Assembly: GCA_964469605.1 (NCBI GenBank)
Contig: CAYXZA010000001.1
Location: forward strand, 71,274-135,273
DNA: 64,000 bases
Origin: an uncultured Candidatus Saccharibacteria bacterium
Lineage (GTDB): Bacteria; Patescibacteriota; Minisyncoccia; Phycocordibacterales; DATDWN01
Reading direction: 5' to 3'
Position 1 is the stretch's first letter. Every line of letters starts with the position of its first letter. Below are positions 19,696 to 29,595 of this stretch, piece after piece. The position numbers were made by a program, and so were the translations under genes. The notes under the pieces were generated by a model that saw nothing but the letters and a program-made list of their open reading frames with translations, had not been told where the DNA came from and did no database searches.

Positions 19696-21840
19696 ATGTT
19701 AATATCTAAAAAACTAAAAATCAAAAATAATATTTTATACATATTATCTTCTTTACTAATTTTTTTGGGAATATTTTTTATTTGGATAGCAAATTTAGAT
19801 ATTCCAAATATAGACAATTTTAGTCAAAGAAAAACAGTAGAATCAACTAAAATATATGACCAAACAGGAAAAATACTACTTTATGATATTTTTGAAAACC
19901 AAAAAAGAACAATAATTCCTTTTGATCAAATATCACCTTTTATAAAACAAGCTACAATATCAATAGAAGACAAAGAATTTTATACACATAACGGAATAAG
20001 AATTAAAGCATTTATAAGAGCAATGTTTGTAAATATTTTTTCTTTAAGTTTTAGTCAAGGTGGATCTACAATAACACAACAAACTATCAAAAAAACTGTT
20101 TTAACAGATGATAAAACACCAACAAGAAAAATTAAAGAGTGGGTCTTGGCATTAAAACTAGAAAAAATAATGACTAAGGATGAGATTTTAAATCTTTATT
20201 TAAATGAAATACCTTATGGAGGTAGTTTATACGGAGTTGAGGAAGCAAGTTCTGCTTATTTTGGAAAAGAAGCGAAAGATGTTAGTTTAGCGGAAGCAGC
20301 CTATTTAGCATCAATACCACAAGCACCATCATTTTATTCTCCTTATGGAAAAAACAAAGATAAACTAGAAGACAGGAAAAATTTAGTTCTAAAAGAAATG
20401 AAAAATGATGGTTATATAAACGAAGATCAATATCAACAAGCATTATCTGAAAAAGTTATATTTTTACCAAAAGAAGATAAAGGAATAAAAGCTCCTCATT
20501 TTGTTATGTATATAAAAGATTATTTAGAGAAAAAATATGGCGAAGATGTTTTAACAAATGGAGGATTAAAAGTTACAACAACAATAGATTATGATATACA
20601 AAAAAAAGCAGAAGATATTGCTTTAAAATATGCATTAGAGAACAAAAAAAACTTTAATGGTGAAAATGCTGCTTTTGTGGTTATTAACCCTAAAAACGGC
20701 CAAATATTAACAATGGTTGGGTCAAGAGATTATTTTGACAAAGAGATTGATGGTCAATTTAATGTTGCTATCGCAAAAAGACAACCTGGTTCAACATTTA
20801 AACCTTTTGTTTATGCAGAAGCTTTCTTGAAAGGATACACACCTGATACAATTCTTTTTGATGTTCCTACACAATTTTCAACAAACTGTCCTGTTGATTT
20901 ATTTGATAATAAAGATGGTTGTTATAGTCCTGTAAACTATGACAATAATTTTAGAGGACCTATGACACTAAGAGATGCCTTGGCTCAATCAATAAACATA
21001 CCAGCAGTAAAAACATTATATTTAGCTGGTATTAATGATTCAATATCCTTAGCTGAAAATATGGGAATAACAACACTTGGAAATTCAAACCAATACGGTT
21101 TAACACTTGTTTTAGGAGGTGGTGAAGTTAGTTTACTTGATATGGTTTCTGCATATGGTGTTTTTGCAAACGAAGGAACAAGAAGTCCTTATAACTTTAT
21201 AATAAAAATAGAAGATTCTAAGGGTCAAATCTTGGAAGAACAAAAAAATAAAAGTTTTGATATTTTAGATAAAGAAGTTTCAAGAGAAATATCAGATATA
21301 CTATCTGACAACATCGCAAGAAGTCCCCTTTACGGAGCATCCTCACCTCTTCATTTTTCAAACAGAAGTGTTGCTGTAAAAACAGGAACAACAAATGACT
21401 ATAGAGATGCTTGGATTATTGGATATACACCTTCTATTGTTGTTGGTGCTTGGGTTGGAAATAACAACAATACACCTATGGAGAAAAAAGTTGCTGGACT
21501 GATTGTTGCTCCTATGTGGAGAGCATTAACAGATGAAATATTTAAAGGAAAACCTGTTGAATATTTCAATAAACCTATAAAGGAAGATTCTTATAAATTA
21601 AAACCTGTTTTGAGAGGAAAATACATAGGAGGAATATCAAATGTTACAGATGAAGATATATTAAACAAACCATACGAATCAATACAAGAAACACTTTCTG
21701 GTGGTATTCATAGTATTTTATATTGGTTAGACAAAGACAATCCAAGAGGAAACATACCTCAAAATCCAGAATCAGATCCTCAGTTTAAATATTGGGAATA
21801 TGGTGTTAGAAAATGGGCAACTGAAAAAGGTTTAAATTAA
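19696..21840 (+). CDS. bifunctional penicillin-binding protein 1A (glycosyltransferase + transpeptidase)
   Basis: GT51 motifs 'EDKEFYTHNGI' and 'GGSTITQQTIKK'; transpeptidase 'STFKPF' (SxxK), 'SIN', 'KTGT'. Confidence 0.9.
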   Translation: MLISKKLKIKNNILYILSSLLIFLGIFFIWIANLDIPNIDNFSQRKTVESTKIYDQTGKILLYDIFENQKRTIIPFDQISPFIKQATISIEDKEFYTHNGIRIKAFIRAMFVNIFSLSFSQGGSTITQQTIKKTVLTDDKTPTRKIKEWVLALKLEKIMTKDEILNLYLNEIPYGGSLYGVEEASSAYFGKEAKDVSLAEAAYLASIPQAPSFYSPYGKNKDKLEDRKNLVLKEMKNDGYINEDQYQQALSEKVIFLPKEDKGIKAPHFVMYIKDYLEKKYGEDVLTNGGLKVTTTIDYDIQKKAEDIALKYALENKKNFNGENAAFVVINPKNGQILTMVGSRDYFDKEIDGQFNVAIAKRQPGSTFKPFVYAEAFLKGYTPDTILFDVPTQFSTNCPVDLFDNKDGCYSPVNYDNNFRGPMTLRDALAQSINIPAVKTLYLAGINDSISLAENMGITTLGNSNQYGLTLVLGGGEVSLLDMVSAYGVFANEGTRSPYNFIIKIEDSKGQILEEQKNKSFDILDKEVSREISDILSDNIARSPLYGASSPLHFSNRSVAVKTGTTNDYRDAWIIGYTPSIVVGAWVGNNNNTPMEKKVAGLIVAPMWRALTDEIFKGKPVEYFNKPIKEDSYKLKPVLRGKYIGGISNVTDEDILNKPYESIQETLSGGIHSILYWLDKDNPRGNIPQNPESDPQFKYWEYGVRKWATEKGLN

Positions 21841-21851
21841 GTTTTTAAAAA

Positions 21852-21962
21852 AAAGCATTTTCATATTGTTTTTTAGAGACTTGCGAAGTTGACTGAACTG
21901 AGCACGAGGAATTTTTCAGTAGAAAAATATCCGTGCTCTAAAAAACAATATGAAAATGCTTT
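21852..21962 (+). repeat. palindrome-nested conserved element, copy A (core 21872-21943)
   Basis: Core 'TTTTAGAGACTTGCGAAGTTGACTGAACTGAGCACGAGG...ATCCGTGCTCTAAAA' flanked by exact ~24-bp inverted arms 'aaagcattttcatattgtttttt' / 'aaaaaacaatatgaaaatgcttt', followed by a T-run, directly 3' of the PBP gene. Confidence 0.75.
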
Positions 21963-21971
21963 ATATTATTT

Positions 21972-22217
21972 TTATTTAATATTATTTAAACCAAAACTAA
22001 GTAAATCTTTTAAAATATTATTTTTATTTAAAATAATTTTGTTTTTTTTAAGAGGTGTTGTTTTTAAAACAACAAAACCTTTATTTAAAGAAAATTCTTC
22101 TTGTTTTAGTAGTATATTTGTATGTTTTTTTACTGAAAAAATAACCATTTCAAACAAATCAAAATCATTTTTAATTTTATTTTGATGTTTTTTTAGATAA
22201 GATTCTATATTAAACAT
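21972..22217 (-). CDS. small hypothetical protein downstream of dnaN
   Basis: 81-aa ORF whose start abuts the dnaN stop. Function not recognisable. Confidence 0.3.
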   Translation of the reverse strand: MFNIESYLKKHQNKIKNDFDLFEMVIFSVKKHTNILLKQEEFSLNKGFVVLKTTPLKKNKIILNKNNILKDLLSFGLNNIK

Positions 22218-23317
22218 TATTTATTCATAGACATAACCAAGTATAGAAAACTTTTATCATTAACTCCTTTTATAACAACTGGTTTACTATTATCATTAAA
22301 AGAAAGTATTATCGAATCAGATTCAATAGACTGAAAACAATCTATTATATATTTATAATTAAAACTAATAGATTCAATACTATCCCCTTTTATAACAACT
22401 TCTACTTTGTTTTTATTTTCTCCAACATCTATATTTTTTGTTGTTATTTCAAAAATATTATCTTTTGGTAAAATTTTAAAATAAACCTGACTAAACTTAT
22501 CAGCAAAAATATTTGATATTTTTAAAGAATTTATAAGATCTTGTTTAAGTAAAACCACTTCTGTTTTAAATTCTTTTGGTATAAAGTTCCTATAATCAGG
22601 ATAAACACCGTTTATAACCCTAGAAACAAGATAAATATCCTCATAAACCAAACACATCTGACCATCATTTATAAAAAAACTAATATTACCAGAAACATCA
22701 TCAAAAGCTTTTATTATTTCATTTATATTTTTAAAAGGTATTAAAATCTGATTAAATTCATTATTTTTCTTAACTTTCAATGTTTTTTCAGCCAAACGAA
22801 AACCGTCAGTTGAAACAAAAACAATACTATCACCGTCTGGGTAAACCATAACACTAGAAAGTGTTGGTTTTATAGATGAAACAGAAGCAGAATAATAAAC
22901 ATTTTTTAAACCTTTAATAAAATCAGAAGCATTCATCTCAAAAATAACATCATTTTGAATTTTAGGTATTATAGGAAAATCATCAGATGAGACTGATTTT
23001 ATAACAGTATTCGTATGTTCAGTAGAAACAATGAGATTATTTGATGATAATTCAAGTGTTATATTTTTATCAAAAACATTTGAAACAAAGTTTGTTATAA
23101 CAGAACTAGAAACACAAACACTACCCTCTTCTAAAACTTTAACAGGTAAAGATATTTCTAAACCAAGATCAAGATTTGTGCTAGATATAAAAAGTTTACC
23201 AGAAGTAGCTTTTAGCATTATTGTAGATAAAATAGGTAAAGAAGCATTTTTAGCAGTCATTTTATCTGCTTTATTTAAAGCTTTAGCTAATTTATCTTTT
23301 ATACATTCTATTTTCAT
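22217..23317 (-). CDS. dnaN: DNA polymerase III beta sliding clamp
   Basis: 'MKIECIKDKLAKALNKADKMTAKNASLPILSTIMLKA', ~366 aa with a three-domain clamp pattern. Immediately downstream of dnaA. Confidence 0.85.
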   Translation of the reverse strand: MKIECIKDKLAKALNKADKMTAKNASLPILSTIMLKATSGKLFISSTNLDLGLEISLPVKVLEEGSVCVSSSVITNFVSNVFDKNITLELSSNNLIVSTEHTNTVIKSVSSDDFPIIPKIQNDVIFEMNASDFIKGLKNVYYSASVSSIKPTLSSVMVYPDGDSIVFVSTDGFRLAEKTLKVKKNNEFNQILIPFKNINEIIKAFDDVSGNISFFINDGQMCLVYEDIYLVSRVINGVYPDYRNFIPKEFKTEVVLLKQDLINSLKISNIFADKFSQVYFKILPKDNIFEITTKNIDVGENKNKVEVVIKGDSIESISFNYKYIIDCFQSIESDSIILSFNDNSKPVVIKGVNDKSFLYLVMSMNK

Positions 23318-23558
23318 ATTATTAATACTATTAGTCCTGTTTATTTGTGTAAAACTTATAAAAATGGCTTATTTTATGGTTTTTTTAATAAACAGTCTGT
23401 GGATAAATGTTGATTATATGTGTATATATTATGTCAATAAAAGATAATACACAAGTCTGTTTTTATAAATATTAACAAATCAACATATTATTCAGTTTTA
23501 AATCATAGGTTATTGATAACATATCCACATACATATACACATATATATCCACACCCAC
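23318..23558. promoter_or_regulatory. candidate oriC segment: DnaA boxes plus an AT-rich unwinding region in the dnaA-dnaN intergenic space
   Basis: Perfect box TGTGGATAA (23398-23406, reverse of TTATCCACA). Two 8/9 boxes ATATCCACA (23521-23529, 23545-23553). A ~80% AT stretch lies at 23440-23520. Confidence 0.5.
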
Positions 23559-23657
23559 CTTTTAAGTATGAAGTTTAGAACACGGATAAATTTTTGCTAA
23601 AATTTTCCTCGTGCTCGGTAGAGTCACTCGCAAGTTTCTAAACTTTATACTTAAAAG
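23559..23657 (-). repeat. palindrome-nested conserved element, copy C (inverted orientation)
   Basis: Reverse complement matches the copy A/B core with a compensatory G:C to A:T change in the terminal stem. Inverted arms 'cttttaagtatgaagtttagaa' / 'ttctaaactttatacttaaaag'. Lies 3' of dnaA, adjacent to the DnaA boxes. Confidence 0.75.
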
Positions 23658-23680
23658 AATATATATCTACATACCTATAA

Positions 23681-25021
23681 CTAAGCCAATATTGATCTAA
23701 GTTGGTTTATTTCATCGGCTAGATTTTGGTTTTTATCTATACCCTCTTTTATTTTGTCACAAGCATGCATAACTGTTGTGTGATCTCTACCTCCTAGTTT
23801 TTCACCTATTGATGGGTAAGAATTGTTGAATTCTTCTCTTAAAAGATACATTATAACTTGTCTTGGTTTTATAACCTCTTTTTTTCTTGTTTTTTCATAT
23901 ATTAACCCTTCTTCTATGTTGTAAAAATCAGAAACTGTTTTAACAATATCTTTTATTGATACTGTTTTTTTATTTTTTGCAGTGTTTTTTAGTAAATTTT
24001 TTACATCAGATATGGTTAATTCTTTATTTTTTAACTGTGCATGGCATATTATTGTGTTTAGTGCCCCTTCCAACTCTCTAATGTTTCCTGTTACAGAAAA
24101 TGCTATAAAATCAACTATTTCTCTTTCTAAATTGAAGTTATTTAAACTAGCTTTTGTTTTTATAATAGCTATACGAGATTCATTATCTGGTGCTGGTATA
24201 TCTATTATCATACCAGCAGAAAATCTTGATTTTAGTCTTTCTTCAAGATCTTGTATTAAAGAAGGATGTTTGTCTGATGAAAATATTATCTGTTTGTTAT
24301 TTTCATATAAATGGTTAAAAAGATGAAATAATTCTTCTTGTGTTTTCATTCTTCCTGATAAAAACTGAATATCGTCCATAATCAAAACATCATATTTTCT
24401 ATATTTTTCTTTAAAAAAGTTTGGTCTGTTGTTTTGAACAGCATTTACATATTCTTGTCCAAATTTTTCAGATGTGGTGTAAAAAACTTTTCTACCTGTG
24501 TTTTTAAGTGTGTTACCTATTGCTTGAATAAGATGTGTTTTTCCGTGACCTGTATTTCCGTGTATAAAAAGAGGGTTATAAACTATACCAGGTTTTTTTA
24601 TTATAGCTTGCGAAGCTGCATGAGCTAGTTCATTAAATGGTCCAACAACAAAATTATCAAAGGTATATTTAGGATTTAGATTGTCGTCTTTATTTATAAT
24701 AAAGTTCTCAATAGGAAGTTCTTTTGTGATAATAACAGGTCTTTCTTGCATTGTTTTCAGTATTTTATCGTCTTTTGAAACTATATAGTGTAGTGAATGT
24801 ATACTCGTGGTTATGTTTCTAAGTGATTTTAATATAATATTGTGAAATTTATTTTTCAACCATTCTTGAACAAAGTTGTTTGGAACTGATAGGTATATTG
24901 TTCCATCATCAAATTTAATTATTTTAGTATCTTTAAACCAAGTATTAAAGTTTGGTTTAGAAATAGCTAATTCTATTTCAACCAAAACTGTATCCCAAAT
25001 TTTTTTTAAATCCATTTCCAT
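23681..25021 (-). CDS. dnaA: chromosomal replication initiator DnaA
   Basis: AAA+ 'GNTGHGKTHLIQAIGN', 'VLIMDDIQFL', and a C-terminal DNA-binding helix 'GGRDHTTVMHACDKI'. Confidence 0.9.
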   Translation of the reverse strand: MEMDLKKIWDTVLVEIELAISKPNFNTWFKDTKIIKFDDGTIYLSVPNNFVQEWLKNKFHNIILKSLRNITTSIHSLHYIVSKDDKILKTMQERPVIITKELPIENFIINKDDNLNPKYTFDNFVVGPFNELAHAASQAIIKKPGIVYNPLFIHGNTGHGKTHLIQAIGNTLKNTGRKVFYTTSEKFGQEYVNAVQNNRPNFFKEKYRKYDVLIMDDIQFLSGRMKTQEELFHLFNHLYENNKQIIFSSDKHPSLIQDLEERLKSRFSAGMIIDIPAPDNESRIAIIKTKASLNNFNLEREIVDFIAFSVTGNIRELEGALNTIICHAQLKNKELTISDVKNLLKNTAKNKKTVSIKDIVKTVSDFYNIEEGLIYEKTRKKEVIKPRQVIMYLLREEFNNSYPSIGEKLGGRDHTTVMHACDKIKEGIDKNQNLADEINQLRSILA

Positions 25022-25093
25022 ACCAATAATTATATCTTGACTGTAAAAAGATAGAACTTGATAAAGATATTTAATTATGTTAATAATATATAT

Positions 25094-25252
25094 ATGTCAC
25101 AAACATATAAACCTAAAAAAAGAAAAAGAGCTAAAACTCACGGATTTCTTTCAAGAAAAAAATCTGTGAAAGGATCTAAAACTTTACTTAGAAGATTAAG
25201 AAAAGGAAGAAAGAGACTTTCAACTGTTAGTCAAAAAGCTAATAAAAAATAG
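25094..25252 (+). CDS. rpmH: 50S ribosomal protein L34
   Basis: 'MSQTYKPKKRKRAKTHGFLSRKKSVKGSKTLLRRLRKGRKRLS', divergent from dnaA. Start chosen at the internal ATG. Confidence 0.85.
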   Translation: MSQTYKPKKRKRAKTHGFLSRKKSVKGSKTLLRRLRKGRKRLSTVSQKANKK

Positions 25253-25257
25253 TTTTA

Positions 25258-25605
25258 ATGTTTTTTGCTAAAAACAAAATAAAAAGATCTGAATTTAAAC
25301 TTATAGAAAAGGTTAAACCATTTAATTTAAATTCAGATTCTTTTTATTTAAACATATATAACTATCCAGATCTTTTTAAATATCCAAAAATTGCTTTTAG
25401 TTGTTCAAAAAAGGTATCAAATAGTGCTGTTGTTAGAAATAAACTAAGAAGAAGAGGGTATTCTGTTTTAAGGGATTTTGTTGATAATATTAAAAATGGT
25501 TACTTTTTACATTTTTCATATAAAAAAAATTCAATAAATAAATCTTTTAAAGATTTAAAAATTGAGATTAGTCAGGTTTTAGAGCTTTCCAAAGTTTTAA
25601 ATTAG
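25258..25605 (+). CDS. rnpA: RNase P protein component
   Basis: Conserved rpmH-rnpA-yidC synteny and a basic 'VVRNKLRRRGYSV' RNR-like motif; ~115 aa. Confidence 0.6.
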   Translation: MFFAKNKIKRSEFKLIEKVKPFNLNSDSFYLNIYNYPDLFKYPKIAFSCSKKVSNSAVVRNKLRRRGYSVLRDFVDNIKNGYFLHFSYKKNSINKSFKDLKIEISQVLELSKVLN

Positions 25606-25622
25606 TTTAAAATATAATAATT

Positions 25623-26336
25623 ATGATATCAAATTTTTTTCACATAGTTTTTTATGATCCGCTTTATAATGGACTTATATTTATATTCAATATATTTCCT
25701 AGTTTAGATGCTGGTTTTGCTGTTATAGTTTTTACTATTATAGTTAAACTAATCCTCTTCCCTCTTTCCATAAAAGCAACAAAATCACAAATGGAAATGA
25801 AATCCATTGAAAATGATTTAAATTTTATAAAAGAAAAATACAAAGAAAATAAAGAAGAACAAGCTAAAAAAATTGTTGAACTTTATAAAGAGAGAGATAT
25901 AAACCCTTTTTCAGGTATTTTTGTTATCTTAATCCAACTTCCTATTATTATTGCTTTGTATAAGGTTTTTATGTCTTCTGGTTTACCAACAATATCATCT
26001 GATATATTATACTCATTTATACATATTCCAGATTATATAAATATGAAATTTCTAGGAATTTTAGATATTAGAAATAAAAATATTATTTTAGCTATATTAT
26101 CTGGAATATCAAGTTTTTTACAAGCTAAATATGCTCAAATCTCCACAAACACATCAACAGAAAAACAATCAGATTTTTCAAAAGCTATGAGTTTGCAAAT
26201 GAAGTTTGGTTTCCCTGTGTTAATGTTTATTATTTCCCTATCATTATCATCTGCTATTGCTCTTTATTTTATAACAAGCAATATTTTTACAATCTTTCAA
26301 GAGATTTATTTAAAAAGAAAAATTAGAAAATCTTAA
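25623..26336 (+). CDS. yidC: membrane protein insertase YidC/Oxa1 (short form)
   Basis: 'LILFPLSIKATKSQ..MK..Q..L..I.EKYK.N...Q.....LYKE...NPFSG' and five TM helices. Confidence 0.8.
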   Translation: MISNFFHIVFYDPLYNGLIFIFNIFPSLDAGFAVIVFTIIVKLILFPLSIKATKSQMEMKSIENDLNFIKEKYKENKEEQAKKIVELYKERDINPFSGIFVILIQLPIIIALYKVFMSSGLPTISSDILYSFIHIPDYINMKFLGILDIRNKNIILAILSGISSFLQAKYAQISTNTSTEKQSDFSKAMSLQMKFGFPVLMFIISLSLSSAIALYFITSNIFTIFQEIYLKRKIRKS

Positions 26337-27568
26337 TTTCCAATATTTAAACTCCATAAACTTCCACCATCTGCTTTGTTTTTAAATATTAAAAACAAGT
26401 TATCTTTATCTATATGTATCTCATCTATATCAATATTTTTACCAGATTCTTCTTTTAAAGAAATTATTTTCTCTGAAACATTTTCCTTTATGTTGTATTT
26501 CCATATTTCATCAACGAATCCAATAGTTCCAAAATACCAATTATCAATAGAGTTACTCTCTATATTACCTTCTGGAACAGCACAATAAACAACATCTTTT
26601 TCTTTAATACTAAACACACATTTTTCTGGAAAAGTTTTTGGATATAATGTTTTAATACTGTTTGCTTTAAAATTTAATACATAAAAATTAAATTCTGGAA
26701 GAGTTTCGTTAAATAGCATATTTTCACCTAATGAATCTGTGTTTGTGGTTAAACCATAAACTTCTCCTAAAATTTTCTTAAAATCACCTTTTGCTGATAG
26801 TCTGTATACATAACCAAAAGTTTGATAATTTGGTTTTGTTGTAAGTGTAATTAAATTATCATTTACAAATTGAGGAATAAGGTGTTTTAGTTTATCTGTC
26901 CAAATCTGAGTATTTTTATAATCAGGTGCTTTTGATATAAAACCATAAGAATCACCTCTTCTTATGAAATAAAATAAATTTCCATTATTTTGTCCAACTG
27001 AAACACTTTCTATAAGCGGACTAAGTGTTTTTACAGATAAAGATGACTCTGTTGAGGATGAATTTAAAATACTAATAAAACTATTTTCAACAGAATCATC
27101 ATCTTTTAAGTATTGTGCAACAAAAGAATTTCCTTTGTTTGTAAAATAAACTTTTTGAGTATTTAGTATTGTTTTATTTGATATTCTATCTTTTTTTTCT
27201 GAAAAAGTTGACGAGTCGTATATATGACCTGTTCCCTTTTCAACATATCTTATATAAAGACCATCATTTTTGGCAACAAAAGTAAATCCAGATACAGGAT
27301 CTTTTGATATGAGTCTAAGTTTTTGTTTATAATCCTCAACCTCTATTTCTGGCTCCTCTGGTTTAAATATTGGTTTTTCTGTATCCACTACATTTTCTGT
27401 TTGTCCAAAAGGAAAAAAATCTGTAATAGAAACTTTTTTACCACTTGCGGTTTTCTCGTCAGATTTGATTAAAAAATAATACAAACCAAGAGAAATGGCT
27501 AAAAGTGTCAATATTATTCCCGATATAATAAGTATTTTTTTCATATTATTTAAAATTGTACATGCCAA
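26333..27568 (-). CDS. exported hypothetical protein (last gene of T4SS-like operon)
   Basis: N-terminal TM anchor, 411 aa, start overlapping the upstream pilin-like gene. Confidence 0.5.
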   Translation of the reverse strand: MACTILNNMKKILIISGIILTLLAISLGLYYFLIKSDEKTASGKKVSITDFFPFGQTENVVDTEKPIFKPEEPEIEVEDYKQKLRLISKDPVSGFTFVAKNDGLYIRYVEKGTGHIYDSSTFSEKKDRISNKTILNTQKVYFTNKGNSFVAQYLKDDDSVENSFISILNSSSTESSLSVKTLSPLIESVSVGQNNGNLFYFIRRGDSYGFISKAPDYKNTQIWTDKLKHLIPQFVNDNLITLTTKPNYQTFGYVYRLSAKGDFKKILGEVYGLTTNTDSLGENMLFNETLPEFNFYVLNFKANSIKTLYPKTFPEKCVFSIKEKDVVYCAVPEGNIESNSIDNWYFGTIGFVDEIWKYNIKENVSEKIISLKEESGKNIDIDEIHIDKDNLFLIFKNKADGGSLWSLNIGN

Positions 27569-28365
27569 TGATTTCCAGTTGCAGTTCCATTTGCTCCAAT
27601 GACTTCATAAACAAAAATAACATCTTTACCGTTTATTTTTTTAGTTACTTTATCATTGTTTTGAGGGGTCGGTTTACCTAAAAATTTATTTAAATCATCT
27701 GATGGTTTCAAATCAACCTGACCTCTACCTACTGCATGTGTTTGATGGCCACCTTCTGTTCCGCCTGTTACCTGCACAAAACAACCAGAGCAATCTTTTT
27801 TTAATTGTATCAATCCGTCAATAGCACTTTTAGGCATACCTCCAACAGATGTACAACCTTGTGTCTGTGCTCCTATACAAGGGTTGTCGTGGTTTATTGA
27901 AATACCTCCATTTGTGAGTGATTTTCTAACATCTTCTTCACTATCTCCCCAACCTACAAAAACAAGATCGGCAGCTCTTTGTATATTTGGTTTTATGATC
28001 TTTAAATTTAAATTCAAAGAATTTGGATTTATTTCATAAATAATTGCATAAGATACCAGTATAAAAAATAATCCTTTTAGTGTGCTCCATATTTTATCTT
28101 TAATATCTGTCTTGGCAGAAGGGTTCAGACCTTTGGTTGCATATAAAAAACCTTGATAAACTAGCAATAAAAACGACCAAGTTATTCCTAATCCTAAAAT
28201 AAAGTAAAAGATTCTTGGAATAAATTTCTCTAAATCAACAGATTGACCTTTTTCATATACACCAGGCAGTGATGTTAGTGTTCTGTATTCTAGTTTAGCA
28301 AATGCAAAAGCTGGTATTGTTAAGAATATTACAAACATTATTATTTTAATATAGTTTTTTTTCAT
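27550..28365 (-). CDS. VirB2/TrbC-pilin-like N-terminal module fused to a Cys/His-rich C-terminal domain
   Basis: Signal peptide (…PAFAFA) plus two hydrophobic helices separated by a short basic loop gives the VirB2 topology. This is followed by a ~150-aa domain 'NHDNPCIGAQTQGC...GGHQTHAVGRG'. Confidence 0.4.
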   Translation of the reverse strand: MKKNYIKIIMFVIFLTIPAFAFAKLEYRTLTSLPGVYEKGQSVDLEKFIPRIFYFILGLGITWSFLLLVYQGFLYATKGLNPSAKTDIKDKIWSTLKGLFFILVSYAIIYEINPNSLNLNLKIIKPNIQRAADLVFVGWGDSEEDVRKSLTNGGISINHDNPCIGAQTQGCTSVGGMPKSAIDGLIQLKKDCSGCFVQVTGGTEGGHQTHAVGRGQVDLKPSDDLNKFLGKPTPQNNDKVTKKINGKDVIFVYEVIGANGTATGNHWHVQF

Positions 28366-29426
28366 TATATTGAACTATTATTTTTATCTTCTTGTGGTTT
28401 TTGAAAATCTACTGTGATTGAACTTTGTGCACCTTGCATAATATTGGAGCGGTTTATGAAATTAACATCAATTCTAGATACTCCGAATGTATCACCTACT
28501 TTTTTAAAAATTCTATTTACGACATTTTGGTTATCATTAACTCCTAATCCATTTATAGACCAGGATATTTCAAGATCTGTTGGTTTTTGAATGCTGAAAA
28601 AATATGGAATGGAGTATATTTCTTTTTCCAAATTATCATTTACTTTCATTACATTCAGTGCTTTTTCTGTTTTTATACCTAAAAGAGGATCTTTTTGATA
28701 TATATAAACAACTGGATCTGAAGGAGATAAAACGACTGATCCGTGTGCTATCTGGTTTGTTTTAGGATCTTCTGCTTCAACTTCTATTTCCATATCTCTA
28801 CCTAGTATACTACTTTTTATTTGTATAAAATATTTACCATAACCACTTACATTTTGTATTGCATCGCCATTATTTGACCATCTGTATATCATTTTTTCTC
28901 TGGGTATTTCCTCTGTGCCGTTATATATATGCGGTGTTGCATATATATAAACCAATGATTCCCTTGTGTATAGTGGTTTTCCTTTAAAAAATGGTGGTGT
29001 ATATGTATCAGCTTCCCATATTAGATCAAGAGATGTTGGTTTTATGTTAAAATCTTTTTGAACAAATCTCCCGTCTCCTGTATTTATTTTTATGGAAATA
29101 GATGTGCTATCTTTTTTTAAAATAAAATTTAATTTAGTTTTTCCTGTGCCTTTCAGTACAGTTTTACTATCTATAATCCACTCTATATATGCTTCGTTTA
29201 AATCTGTTGCGTAGCTTTCAAGAGATATAAAAACATTATTATTTTTTTCTGGATATTCTGGGTCTATATTAACAACTATACTATTATCTAATTCATCAAA
29301 TTGTGCATAAGAAATTTTAGAAAATGTCAGTATAGATATTGTTATTAAAAATATTAAAAATAAGTATCTAAGCATTAAAATTATTTTAACATAAAAATTA
29401 TCTTTAATTAAATAATATACACACAC
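28365..29426 (-). CDS. exported hypothetical protein
   Basis: 353 aa with an N-terminal anchor, beta-rich, translationally coupled to the downstream gene. Confidence 0.5.
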   Translation of the reverse strand: MCVYYLIKDNFYVKIILMLRYLFLIFLITISILTFSKISYAQFDELDNSIVVNIDPEYPEKNNNVFISLESYATDLNEAYIEWIIDSKTVLKGTGKTKLNFILKKDSTSISIKINTGDGRFVQKDFNIKPTSLDLIWEADTYTPPFFKGKPLYTRESLVYIYATPHIYNGTEEIPREKMIYRWSNNGDAIQNVSGYGKYFIQIKSSILGRDMEIEVEAEDPKTNQIAHGSVVLSPSDPVVYIYQKDPLLGIKTEKALNVMKVNDNLEKEIYSIPYFFSIQKPTDLEISWSINGLGVNDNQNVVNRIFKKVGDTFGVSRIDVNFINRSNIMQGAQSSITVDFQKPQEDKNNSSI

Positions 29427-29430
29427 TTAT

Positions 29431-29533
29431 CCTATAAAGATATAATTTTAGAGACTTGCGAGGTTGACTGAACCGAGCACGAGGAAAATTTTAGCAAAAA
29501 TTTATCCGTGCTCTAAAATTATGTCTTTATAGG
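29431..29533 (+). repeat. palindrome-nested conserved element, copy B (core 29446-29517)
   Basis: Core is near-identical to copy A. Inverted arms 'cctataaagatataatttt' / 'aaaattatgtctttatagg'. Sits inside the T4SS-like operon between the 166-aa gene and the 353-aa gene. Confidence 0.75.
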
Positions 29534-29595
29534 ATAAACTTCAATATACATAACTTATAAAAATCACAACTTTAAAATGTAAATACACTTGCTCT

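Noticed and set aside
21889-22185. 98-aa and 81-aa ORFs (21889..22185 +, 46949..47146 -) overlapping repeat copies A and D
   Set aside because: They run through the palindromic repeat elements, have low-complexity translations and no coding signal. The 21972..22217 minus-strand ORF was kept only at low confidence.
25037-25065. Sigma-70-like promoter for rpmH (TTGACT-N17-GATAAA)
   Set aside because: The -35 is perfect but the -10 is weak (4/6). In a 70% AT genome such matches occur by chance, so it was not listed as a feature.
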